A stretch of 59,184 nucleotides of DNA from a virus (Duplodnaviria; Caudoviricetes). The stretch covers positions 1 through 59,184 of IMG/VR virus record IMGVR_UViG_3300048762_000055; one strand, given 5' to 3'. This document shows positions 46,101 through 53,963 of this stretch, in pieces (position 1 is the first letter of the stretch; each line of letters begins with the position of its first letter). The notes under the pieces are model-generated. The model was not told where the DNA came from and searched no databases. It was given only the letters and a program-made list of their open reading frames with translations. Position numbers and translations under genes: made by a program.

Positions 46101-46459
46101 ACAACACAGGAACCGGGCTTTTCTCCTACGACGGCACGCTCGGCACCTGCACGATTTCCGACGAGCGCCTAAAAAACATGGGACCGCGCATTCCGAACGC
46201 GCTGGAAAAGCTGCTCAAGATCAACGGCGTGTACTACACTTGGAAAGACCCAGCGATGGGAAAAGGACGGCAGATCGGCATGGGCGCGCAGACGGTCGAG
46301 CGTGTATTTCCAGAACTCGTGCAGACTGACTCGCACGGAACAAAGAGCCTGGACTATCAGCGCCTCACCGCGCCGATCATCGAGGCCATTCGAGAGTTGA
46401 AGGCTGACAACGACAACCTGCGGCATGAAGTCGAACAACTGAAATGGAGAGTGAGATGA
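43097..46459 (+). CDS. Tailspike/receptor-binding protein: pectate-lyase-like beta-helix, fibre segments, C-terminal S74 chaperone, N-terminal signal peptide
   Basis: NAKDFGVLCDGSTND, beta-helix repeats, SDERLKN...GMGAQ.VE.VFPELV...LDY; MKFLTRIVAVLAVLSSVAFA|QQ. Confidence 0.85.
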   Translation: MKFLTRIVAVLAVLSSVAFAQQGTQLPSGNLWGNPTASRAPGKPATPSSIFDQAFSATQGSLLYRNSTVWTPLGPGTAGLPLLSGGAGANLAYGILGLPAGGLGGSQAAATAGQIPVYPGSGGAAVPSSFTQTGTGAVARGIFDKVADWLNAKDFGVLCDGSTNDVANINKAIVAANAAAAGTLEGQVGVQLPAGVCMVGTTQIEILGNVWVRGAGMGITTLQLPAGSPFSTDIIEINTGSSIANVQVSDLTIDGNNNTGVSGSSIFAQGVTNLIIQRVEISRMYGMFGILGQGILDSYIMDNRCKLTTARSTQNECIILTQALPNNNVIVARNTLINSGMEADGTRLKILDNTITGWNFGAGIVMGPFVGTYDNIVTGNHVYSSGLGPDSSVTYPVCLEIWSYKTVIANNVVHDCAGSGISSGGDSNTIVGNVTYDNGRNAASTTGLSGIIIQYYANNLWSNGSNNIVSGNRSYNTNGVAGPQTYAVEINALITGLNLGINSFAVGSLGVVSNSSLATSTLSAPLVLNGSTSGSATIAAQAVAGTPSITLGTSSGTPAVAATAPLAITAATGNITCTGCLTNTPAALTKTDDTNVTLTLGGTPTTALLQATSLTLGWTGTLANARLATMATNTVKGNATAGTASPTDLAVSTCSTAASALIWTTNTGFGCNTSITAAAVPVGGITGLGTGIATALAVNVGTAGAPVINGGALGSPSSAGTLPAYTLGGTVSGGGNQINNVIIGTSTPLAGSFTALTASTSAIVTSASANALTAGLNGATHPAFNVDASTASQTAGLNVKGAALNGTVAVAVIDTSGNTNLTINALGSGTIGIGSVSTGGVTITPATTITGITTLSNSTAANGPNQGALQVTGGIWVGADSYFSGSNTLFAGTAYYQGNLGGTYPNTNSGVALGGNFSNGNSEIDFFNTTTVATDSFRFYQQTGASAATLVAEMLKTYFSVPLTTATTSTTTGSIVAGGGIAAGGAIAATLANAATTSAVCYNTGTGLFSYDGTLGTCTISDERLKNMGPRIPNALEKLLKINGVYYTWKDPAMGKGRQIGMGAQTVERVFPELVQTDSHGTKSLDYQRLTAPIIEAIRELKADNDNLRHEVEQLKWRVR

Positions 46460-46686
46460 GGTTTTATTGGTTTGCTATTCCATTTGCGTTGCTCGCAGTC
46501 CCCTCCTTCGCACAGCAACCAGCGCCGCCGACCACAACTACCGTGCCTAGCCAATTGCTGACGACTGGCGCGGTATTCCAGGGAAATACTTCTGGTGCCG
46601 CTGCTACATCGGCCACTGGCGTTTTAACCTCATGCGTCCTGAGCGGTGAAACCGTTACGGGATTCACGCAATCAAACAATATCTAA
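46456..46686 (+). CDS. Small protein with signal peptide
   Basis: MRFYWFAIPFALLAVPSFA|QQ; ATGA overlap. Confidence 0.6.
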   Translation: MRFYWFAIPFALLAVPSFAQQPAPPTTTTVPSQLLTTGAVFQGNTSGAAATSATGVLTSCVLSGETVTGFTQSNNI

Positions 46687-47213
46687 TGCAGGATAATCTC
46701 TCCAAGGCGCTCACTTTCATCACCACTGACGAAGGTGAGGAATTGAATGTCAGCCCTGATGAGCCGGGAGGGGCTTCCAAGTGGGGGGTGACGCTCACCG
46801 ATCTATCGGAGGTTCGCGGTAAGGCCTGCACGGTAGCCGATGTTTCCGCCCTGACCCAGGACGACGCCAACGCGATTTACTCGACGCGGTTTGCGGTTCC
46901 GATTCAATTCAACGTCTTGCCGTCCGGCGTCGACTACCGCATGTTGGACTGCGCCGTTACTCTCGGCATCACGGGGTCGATAGAGGCGATTCAGATGTGC
47001 CTCGCGATGTGGCCCACGACTGGTGCGATGGACGCCGCCACGCTGGCAGCGGTTGGTAAGGTCACGCCGGCTGTGCTAGTGTTGCAACTCGACGCCGCCT
47101 GGCTGACTTGGAAGCGTAGCTTGGAGCCGAATGGTTGGGAGACTTACGGACACGGGTGGAATAATCGAGTGCTTAAAGTGAAGGCTCGTCTGTCGGCAAT
47201 GATGGGAGTGTAG
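46686..47213 (+). CDS. GH108-family lysozyme-like endolysin (divergent)
   Basis: EG...N..PDEPGGASKWGVT, LPSGVDY..LD.AV..G, YGHGWNNRV. Confidence 0.8.
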   Translation: MQDNLSKALTFITTDEGEELNVSPDEPGGASKWGVTLTDLSEVRGKACTVADVSALTQDDANAIYSTRFAVPIQFNVLPSGVDYRMLDCAVTLGITGSIEAIQMCLAMWPTTGAMDAATLAAVGKVTPAVLVLQLDAAWLTWKRSLEPNGWETYGHGWNNRVLKVKARLSAMMGV

Positions 47214-47215
47214 AC

Positions 47216-48007
47216 ATGACGTCATTAGCATCATACGCTTCGCAGCAACTGATCCGCGAAGGGGACAGCGGACAAGACGTCACCACGTTGCAAACGGCTC
47301 TAGAGGCGGCCGGTTATCGCATCGTTGCTGATGGCGTTTTCGGTGATTACACCGCCGCAGTTGTTCAGAAATTCCAGGTCGCGCATGGGCTCGCTGCCGA
47401 TGGCGTAGTTGGGTCGATCACCGCGGCTCTTTTGGATGCCCCGCACGGCGCATTGATCGCAACAGCTCGACCCCTCCCGGCAATCTCAAATAATTCTGAT
47501 CCTCGTTTTTCGTTTCCTCACGATGACACGGCGTCGATGATCGCCTTCTACGGCAACCCGTCAGTGAACAACGCTCAATGGCAAGCAGAAAATCTAGTCC
47601 CGGTCATTCCGCCGTGGCAGATGGTGGGTGGGGATAGTGACGATGGGAAGACGCCGATCAAGGATATTTATTTTCACCGCAAATGCGCGCCAAACCTTCT
47701 TGCCGCAATGAACGACATCTGGACAGGCTGCGGCAAGAACTACGACATGATCCAATCATATGGCCTGCACATCTTCAGCGGCGCTTACAACTACCGACCG
47801 ATCCGCGGTAGCTCTCGGTTGTCAGAACATGCTTTTGGTGCCGCGATTGACATCGACGCCCCGGCCAATCCTATGACTTCCGACCTCAGTGTAAAGTACA
47901 AGATGCCGCAAATCGCCATCGAGGCTCTGAAGGCGCGTGGCGCGTGGTGGGGTGGCGATTATAGACAACGTAAGGATTACATGCACTTCGGTTTCGCACA
48001 CGAATAG
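47216..48007 (+). CDS. Endolysin: PG-binding domain plus M15 Zn peptidase
   Basis: GDSGQDV..LQ..L...DGVFG...FQ..HGL..DGVVG; YNYR...SEHAFGAAIDID; WGGD...DYMHF. Confidence 0.9.
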   Translation: MTSLASYASQQLIREGDSGQDVTTLQTALEAAGYRIVADGVFGDYTAAVVQKFQVAHGLAADGVVGSITAALLDAPHGALIATARPLPAISNNSDPRFSFPHDDTASMIAFYGNPSVNNAQWQAENLVPVIPPWQMVGGDSDDGKTPIKDIYFHRKCAPNLLAAMNDIWTGCGKNYDMIQSYGLHIFSGAYNYRPIRGSSRLSEHAFGAAIDIDAPANPMTSDLSVKYKMPQIAIEALKARGAWWGGDYRQRKDYMHFGFAHE

Positions 48008-48016
48008 GAGCTACCC

Positions 48017-48397
48017 ATGACCCCAAATAATGACCAACTGTTGATGATGCTGCGTTGGGTTCTTAGCGTCGGCGGCCCTGTTGGCGCGTTGCTAGTATCA
48101 CATGGTATGTCGGCGGATCAGGTCACTGCACTCACAACTTGGCTACTTACCGGTCTCACTGTTATTCCGCCGGCCGTCGCTTTCGTCTGGGGCCTGTTTG
48201 CTCATACTCATGCCGCCGCGATTGCGACTGTGAACGCGATGCCAAAAGATCAAGTCCTTGGCGTTGTCGTCGCAACGACTGCATCGGACGGCGTTCTTGC
48301 TGCCGCACAAAATCCCGCGATGTCAAAAGTGATGATGGCAACGCCAGCCCTTACGGCGGCAATCGCCGCAGCGCCAGTAACGATAGCGATTAAGTAA
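48017..48397 (+). CDS. Holin-like membrane protein
   Basis: Two hydrophobic helices; follows the endolysins. Confidence 0.55.
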   Translation: MTPNNDQLLMMLRWVLSVGGPVGALLVSHGMSADQVTALTTWLLTGLTVIPPAVAFVWGLFAHTHAAAIATVNAMPKDQVLGVVVATTASDGVLAAAQNPAMSKVMMATPALTAAIAAAPVTIAIK

Positions 48398-50259
48398 TGA
48401 ACCATTGTCTCGGCAAGCTGCCGGCTCGCCCCGGCGCCATCAGCTTTAAGTTCTCCAAATACTTCAAGGTAGCCGCGCTGCCGACGCCGCCTGCGGTGTT
48501 CGGGCATCAGGCCATCGTCAACGAATGGGGAGTTTTGGGCAACGATCAATATGGCTGCTGCGTACTTTCTGGCGGAGACCATGAATCGATGCTCTGGACC
48601 GCAGAGGCTGGCACCGTCGCGCCGTTCAACGATAGCTGCGCGCTGAGTGACTACTCGGCCATCACCGGGTTCAACCCTGCTGATCCGGCCACCGACCAAG
48701 GCACGGACATGCAGGCCGCGGCGTCCTACCGCCGTACGACCGGCCTGATCGACGCCAACGGCGTACGGCACAAGGTCGACGCCTATGTCGCGCCGGCCGT
48801 CGGTGATGTGAACGAATTGATGGCGGCGACTTACCTGTTCGGCGCGGTCGGCTTCGGTTTTCAGTTTCCCGCGAGCGCGATGACCCAGTTCAATGCGGGA
48901 CAGCCTTGGTCAGTCGTTCCTGGTAGCCCGATTGAAGGGGGGCATTATGTTCCATGCCTTCGCGGGGAAACGCTCATCAGTCTCCTTGACGGTCGAAATG
49001 TACCGATTGGAGAACTAGCGGCACTCGGAAAGAATCAATGGGTGTACGCTATTGATAAATCTCACCGCGTCGTTCCTGCTCTTGCAACGAATATCCGTCA
49101 GACAGGAAGAGGACGATCACTTGTCAGAATACATCTTGACGATGGATCATCGTTCGATTGTACGAACGATCATCTAATTATGCTTCGGGATGGATACTAT
49201 TTGGCGGCTGGTCTACTCACCGAAGGCGCATCTCTTATGCCTTTATATCGGCGGCTGTCGGATGGTTCTTATCACAAGATGTTCGGCTACGAAGAGATCA
49301 TGGACCCTTGCTCTAATGAGTGGGTATTTACCCACTGGCGCGTTACGGAAGAGGCTGTCGGCAGACGTTGGGGAGTCGTACATCATGATGATCGGAACAA
49401 AAGAAACAACTCGCCTAATAATCTAATCCGCATGTCATGGGACGCACATCGGGCGCTTCACGCCGCCGATATGGATGCTCTAACGCAATATGTGAAAAGT
49501 GAAAAAGGCCGAGATCGATCAAGGCAACTTATGACAGATAGCTGGGCCGATGAAGACAGACGGAAGCGGCACATCAATCATCTAAAGACCAATCCAAAAT
49601 TGGCAGCGCATAGGAAGGCTGGTTTCTTCGACAAAGCAGCCCAAAGCCAAAATGGCAAAAAGACTGGTCCAATCAATATCAAATTAACTCAGACGCCTGA
49701 AGCAAAAGCGAAGAAGGTAGAAACACAAAGAGAGCGTCTACTGACTGATCCGGCGTTTAGAGAAAAGAAAGCTGAGATAGCACGTCAAAACGGAAGTAAA
49801 GTATCCCGTCTTACAAGAGAGCAGATTATTTACGTTGAGGAACGTCTAAAAAATGCGCCCATTGGAAGAAATGCTGAATTAGCGGATGAACTATGCGTAA
49901 GTCGTTCGGTTATTTCAAGAATAAAGAATGGACCTCACATAAATCACAAAGTTGTTGCGATTGAAGTTCTCCCTGGGGTGCATGATGTATATGACATGGA
50001 GGTTCCAAAATATCATAATTTTGCGATTGGATCCGGAGTTTTCGTGCATAACTGCGTTGGACGGCGCGCCAATGGAAATCTGGTATGCGTCACTTGGGGT
50101 GCCCTGCAAGAAATAGAGCCATCCTTCGCTCAGTCTTTCAATGACGAATCGGTGGCGTACTTGTCCCTTGAGTCATTAAAGAATAGCATATCGCCTGAGA
50201 ACTTCGACTTGGCGACGCTGCAAGCCGATCTGAACGCCTTACCCGTGCAAGGGAGTTGA
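48397..50259 (+). CDS. Papain-like cysteine peptidase with intein (about 254 aa spliced)
   Basis: GNDQYGCC, GGHYVP/CVG, VTWG motifs. Confidence 0.75.
   Translation: MNHCLGKLPARPGAISFKFSKYFKVAALPTPPAVFGHQAIVNEWGVLGNDQYGCCVLSGGDHESMLWTAEAGTVAPFNDSCALSDYSAITGFNPADPATDQGTDMQAAASYRRTTGLIDANGVRHKVDAYVAPAVGDVNELMAATYLFGAVGFGFQFPASAMTQFNAGQPWSVVPGSPIEGGHYVPCLRGETLISLLDGRNVPIGELAALGKNQWVYAIDKSHRVVPALATNIRQTGRGRSLVRIHLDDGSSFDCTNDHLIMLRDGYYLAAGLLTEGASLMPLYRRLSDGSYHKMFGYEEIMDPCSNEWVFTHWRVTEEAVGRRWGVVHHDDRNKRNNSPNNLIRMSWDAHRALHAADMDALTQYVKSEKGRDRSRQLMTDSWADEDRRKRHINHLKTNPKLAAHRKAGFFDKAAQSQNGKKTGPINIKLTQTPEAKAKKVETQRERLLTDPAFREKKAEIARQNGSKVSRLTREQIIYVEERLKNAPIGRNAELADELCVSRSVISRIKNGPHINHKVVAIEVLPGVHDVYDMEVPKYHNFAIGSGVFVHNCVGRRANGNLVCVTWGALQEIEPSFAQSFNDESVAYLSLESLKNSISPENFDLATLQADLNALPVQGS
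48955..50052 (+). mobile_element. Intein (366 aa) with in-frame HNH endonuclease
   Basis: P|CLRGET...CTNDH...VYDMEV...FVHN|C; THWRV...VVHHDDRNKRNNSPNNL. Confidence 0.93.
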
Positions 50260-50261
50260 AT

Positions 50262-50588
50262 ATGAAACGATTGTTACTCGCCTCCGCCATCCTGTTTGCG
50301 CCAGCGATTGTCTCGGCACAGACCCCCACGCAAGTCGGTCCTTGCGTGTGTACCTACGCCGGCACTGGTGTGACCTGCACATGCCCCGCGGCGCCGGCCA
50401 TGACCCCAGTTCCAGTGGCCCCTGCTTACGATCCGGTGGCCGCAGCCCAAGCCGCACAGGGGATGGCGGCGCAGCAACAGTTGATATATTTGCAGTCACA
50501 GCAGTATCGTGACATTCAAATGCAGCAGTGGCAGAGAGATCACCCGCAGCAACCTTGGAACGGGCAACCCGACCAGCATCCCCACTGA
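50262..50588 (+). CDS. Small secreted-type protein, four Cys
   Basis: MKRLLLASAILFAPAIVSA|Q; CVC...CTC. Confidence 0.65.
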   Translation: MKRLLLASAILFAPAIVSAQTPTQVGPCVCTYAGTGVTCTCPAAPAMTPVPVAPAYDPVAAAQAAQGMAAQQQLIYLQSQQYRDIQMQQWQRDHPQQPWNGQPDQHPH

Positions 50589-50636
50589 ACCAGAGGCGAA
50601 GAATAATCTTCGCCGCAACACCAGAGAGAGGCCACC

Positions 50637-50960
50637 ATGTCTTGGATCGACACCGTTACTTCGCTACTCGCCAACCCGACGACCGCAGCCGCCGGTACTT
50701 CGATGCTCAATGCTATGGGCAGCAAGACGACAACCAACTCGCTGATTATGAATCAGCTCTCGCTGCTTGAGCAGAACCCCAGCTCGGCCGTCACCATCGT
50801 CAGCGCCATCGGCGGGATTTCCGGCGTGCCGCCGGCCATCATGCCGCTGGTCAATAACCTGCCAAACTTGGCGAACGACCCATCGCCAGCCGGCAAGGCT
50901 GCTCTGTTGTCGGCAGTCGCTCAGATCGAGAGTTTGCTGCCGCAGTCGCGCTGGCTGTGA
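50637..50960 (+). CDS. Hypothetical protein
   Basis: GAGG SD; ORF track. Confidence 0.65.
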   Translation: MSWIDTVTSLLANPTTAAAGTSMLNAMGSKTTTNSLIMNQLSLLEQNPSSAVTIVSAIGGISGVPPAIMPLVNNLPNLANDPSPAGKAALLSAVAQIESLLPQSRWL

Positions 50961-51205
50961 AGCTTCGGTCGCCAGCGATCATCCCCATAGTCGCTGCCAT
51001 CGTATTACATGGCAGCGGCTTCTTTGCTCATTTGGAACCTATCCTCGGTCCGGCCGGCAGGATCATAGGCGGCATCGACAAGCTGGTCACCAATATGTCT
51101 GACCTGAGAAACTACGGGCCGCAGCAAGGGAACCTGACCAATGTCAATCCTAATGTATTTCATCAAACACGGCTCCCAGATCATGGCGTTGCTCGCCAAA
51201 GGTAA
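50957..51205 (+). CDS. Hypothetical membrane-associated protein
   Basis: GTGA overlap; hydrophobic N-terminus. Confidence 0.45.
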   Translation: MKLRSPAIIPIVAAIVLHGSGFFAHLEPILGPAGRIIGGIDKLVTNMSDLRNYGPQQGNLTNVNPNVFHQTRLPDHGVARQR

Positions 51206-51380
51206 CACGCCGGGCGGATCGCACCTCATCATCGAATTGCTCAACGCCAACATGCCGCTCATCAAAAAGACATGGCCAGAGCTGAACAATAATAGCCTGC
51301 TCGATGACACGGTGGCGATGCTCAAGGAACAGATCACAACGGCAACGACGCCTCTTCCTCCCCCGAACGTGGGGGCCTAA
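51141..51380 (+). CDS. Hypothetical protein
   Basis: AAGGG SD; ORF track. Confidence 0.55.
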   Translation: MSILMYFIKHGSQIMALLAKGNTPGGSHLIIELLNANMPLIKKTWPELNNNSLLDDTVAMLKEQITTATTPLPPPNVGA

Positions 51381-51382
51381 GA

Positions 51383-51808
51383 GTGACTGGCACCCTTGAT
51401 AAGATTGCCGAGAGTACGTTCAGCCGGTTTACGTCGCGCATTGCGATCATGGTCGTGCCGTTTTTGATGCTGGCTATCGTTTGGTTTGTTCAGCACGAAA
51501 TCGGCATCTTGGAGAGTAACCACACTGAAGAGGTAGCTTCGCGTGCGTCCCATGAGAAGACTATGTGGGATCAAATCGGTAAGATGACCGCTACGCAAAA
51601 CGACACCGCTCTCAAACTCTCGAACGTTGGGGCTCAATTTGCCGATCATCAAAAAGACGACGACAAGTTTTCTGCCACCGTGGCCGAATCGCTCAAGGGC
51701 ATTGCAGCGCAGATACGAGATATTACGGTATCATCCGCGCGGGTTGCTCCTACGCCAGCGCCAGCCGCTGCGCCGCCAGCGGTGCCTGCTACGGTGCCGA
51801 AGCCATGA
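51383..51808 (+). CDS. Single-TM coiled-coil protein (lysis accessory candidate)
   Basis: IAIMVVPFLMLAIVWFV then coiled coil. Confidence 0.6.
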   Translation: MTGTLDKIAESTFSRFTSRIAIMVVPFLMLAIVWFVQHEIGILESNHTEEVASRASHEKTMWDQIGKMTATQNDTALKLSNVGAQFADHQKDDDKFSATVAESLKGIAAQIRDITVSSARVAPTPAPAAAPPAVPATVPKP

Positions 51809-52179
51809 CAGATCAGTGGTGGATAGCTATTTTCACAAATGCCGTCATAGTCATTGGCTCTCTATGGCTAGGAAGCATCCGATTAACCGCAAAGATTGGA
51901 GCGTTTCAGACCGAGATTTGTACATTGCTTAATAAACGCGACATAGATAGCCTCCACGAAGGGACCGCCGTAAGAAATGAAATTTATAAGTCGGTTCATG
52001 ATTTTGGCGAAACAATCTCGGCCCTCAAACAAAAAATAAATGAGGTGGAGCTATTCGGATCGACTCATTACGTTAGGCGCGAGGGAATTATACAACTCGC
52101 CGATTCAATCACGGCGTTGCGATCTGAAATACGCGCCGACTTGCTGCGGATGGAACAGAAGATAGATCAAACGACTTGA
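51805..52179 (+). CDS. Single-TM coiled-coil protein (lysis accessory candidate)
   Basis: N-terminal TM helix, helical C-terminus; ATGA overlap. Confidence 0.6.
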   Translation: MTDQWWIAIFTNAVIVIGSLWLGSIRLTAKIGAFQTEICTLLNKRDIDSLHEGTAVRNEIYKSVHDFGETISALKQKINEVELFGSTHYVRREGIIQLADSITALRSEIRADLLRMEQKIDQTT

Positions 52180-52198
52180 GCCGAATAAGGAGATCCAC

Positions 52199-52411
52199 AT
52201 GCTTGGCCTGATCATAATTATATTCCTTTTACTTTTCTTCGTCGGCGGCGCCGTCCCAGGCCCGTGGTACGGCCAGCGCCGTGTCCCTGGTCAGCCAGTC
52301 ACGCCAGCGCCTGCCTACTGGCACGGGTATGGTGGAGGGCCGTATGTGCCGGGCGGCATCGGGCTAGTCCTATTAATCCTGATCGTACTTTTGGTGATGG
52401 GCAGAATCTAA
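52199..52411 (+). CDS. DUF3309-like small membrane protein
   Basis: MLGLIIII...P.W...GYG...GGIGLVLLILIVLLVMGRI; AAGGAG SD. Confidence 0.75.
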   Translation: MLGLIIIIFLLLFFVGGAVPGPWYGQRRVPGQPVTPAPAYWHGYGGGPYVPGGIGLVLLILIVLLVMGRI

Positions 52412-52444
52412 AGCGGCAAAGCGAGTTCGTTAAATTAGTCCCGG

Positions 52445-52474
52445 CCGCCCCCTTGTCGTGGGGGGCGGTTTTTT
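52445..52474 (+). terminator. Rho-independent terminator ending the late operon
   Basis: CCGCCCCC-loop-GGGGGGCGG followed by T6. Confidence 0.8.
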
Positions 52475-52557
52475 GTTAGGAATGGCCTTCCCCAACAGCA
52501 CTGGACTTTCCACGCGCTCAAATTCGCAATTCCGCGTCAAAACCACGGAGCTCCGAA

Positions 52558-53130
52558 ATGCAATCGCGAACTATCCTGCTTGCCGCCTTGGCGGCCGCCA
52601 CCATCGCTCTCTCGGCCCCGGCCGAGGCGCGCCGCAGCGCCAATTTCGTCGACGCGGCTGCTGTTCCGGCTTATCCGACCTCGAATTGGGTTAGGACTGC
52701 CCGCGGCCGCCACCATGCTGGCCACCAGCCGCGCCACCGTCGCGTGGCTGCCTATCGGAGGCACCATGAGGCTAGGGAAGCCCATAGGGCTATCAGGCGG
52801 TCATCTGTGGGCGAATCCTACCTATCCCATCCGGCTGGGTGTCCAGCTAGGGCATTCTGCGGATGCGGAGCCGCGGTAGAGGTATTTGGGCGCGCGGTCC
52901 GGTCCCTTTGGCTGGCAGCAAATTGGTATCAATTTCCACGATCGGCACCGGCTCCAGGAATGGTGGCGGTGAGGCGACATCATGTGTTCGTCCTACGTGA
53001 GTTGATCGGCGGAGCGGTGTGGCTCACAGCCGACTACAACAGCGGGGGGCATAGATCGCGGCTTCATGCGCGAAGCGTTGCTGGTTACACCATCGTCAAC
53101 CCGCGCGGTCGCCGGTACGCTTCAAGATGA
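52558..53130 (+). CDS. Secreted CHAP/NlpC-like protein (Rhizobiales-type moron)
   Basis: Signal peptide; CPARAFCGC, LWLAANW, APAPGMVAVRRHHVFVL, DYNSG. Confidence 0.65.
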   Translation: MQSRTILLAALAAATIALSAPAEARRSANFVDAAAVPAYPTSNWVRTARGRHHAGHQPRHRRVAAYRRHHEAREAHRAIRRSSVGESYLSHPAGCPARAFCGCGAAVEVFGRAVRSLWLAANWYQFPRSAPAPGMVAVRRHHVFVLRELIGGAVWLTADYNSGGHRSRLHARSVAGYTIVNPRGRRYASR

Positions 53131-53190
53131 GCAGACGATTCCCCGACCCTTGGCGCACTCTGCCAGCCGCGCCGTTCGTTTCGCGTTTCG

Positions 53191-53421
53191 TCATGGTGAT
53201 ATTAGCCGTGGGAGCGTTCGCCGCGCTTGCGTGCGTATTGCACTGAGAGCATAGAGGACAAGTTCCTCCAAACTTCGGCTGCTTGCTAACGCGAGCGGCC
53301 TTTTTCTTAGGTTAAAGTCGGTTCCATTCTTAAACAGGGCCGCCCGGCGTTTTTGAAAACCGAGTATGACGACAAAGACTATCAGCAGAACCATGACAAC
53401 CCACCCACCGTGATTCCACAT
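53191..53421 (-). CDS. Small membrane protein
   Basis: GGAG SD; N-terminal TM helix. Confidence 0.45.
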   Translation of the reverse strand: MWNHGGWVVMVLLIVFVVILGFQKRRAALFKNGTDFNLRKRPLALASSRSLEELVLYALSAIRTQARRTLPRLISP

Positions 53422-53430
53422 GCCGCGCTC

Positions 53431-53721
53431 CTAATTTGTCTGTTCTAGTACGGACACGGCATGGGCCACGCTATCCCAACAATACTTTCTGCCGGGGTTA
53501 GGCGAGAGGTTATTCACTTTCTCATAGTCTAGAACGTTATCGACTAGACGCTGCAATGCCGACCGCAGCCGGTCATGCTCACGGCCACACTGTAGCAGCC
53601 GAGATTCCATCTCCGTCCGGTCGAGCCGCGCCAATTCGGCTATGTCTATTCTTGCCACGCCAAACTCCTGCTCATTCAACCTGTGAACGCGGCAATCTCG
53701 GAACCGAGACGACGCGCCCAA
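53431..53721 (-). CDS. Hypothetical protein
   Basis: ORF track; start uncertain. Confidence 0.5.
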   Translation of the reverse strand: MGASSRFRDCRVHRLNEQEFGVARIDIAELARLDRTEMESRLLQCGREHDRLRSALQRLVDNVLDYEKVNNLSPNPGRKYCWDSVAHAVSVLEQTN

Positions 53722-53954
53722 TCGTTGATGCTCTCGCCTTCCCGCAACTTCATGCGCCGGATGGCGTCGGCGGCTTCGACCATTAGCTCGCAGTGATCCT
53801 CCATCATGCCCTCGAAGTTGAGGCGCGGAAGATCGCTACCCTTGTAGTCCAAACACTGCTGCCGGATCATGTCCCAATGCTTCATCGTCTCGCCGTTGAA
53901 ATCGACAAGATCGGCGGCTTTCATCCGAAGGCGCGTTTCAAGATTGTGGGTCAA
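53676..53954 (-). CDS. Hypothetical protein
   Basis: GAGGAG SD before TTG. Confidence 0.6.
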   Translation of the reverse strand: MTHNLETRLRMKAADLVDFNGETMKHWDMIRQQCLDYKGSDLPRLNFEGMMEDHCELMVEAADAIRRMKLREGESINDWARRLGSEIAAFTG

Positions 53955-53963
53955 AGTCGCTCC

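Noticed and set aside
41682-46459. Diversity-generating retroelement or invertible tail-fibre cassette
   Set aside because: No reverse transcriptase, no TR/VR pair and no inverted alternative fibre ends seen
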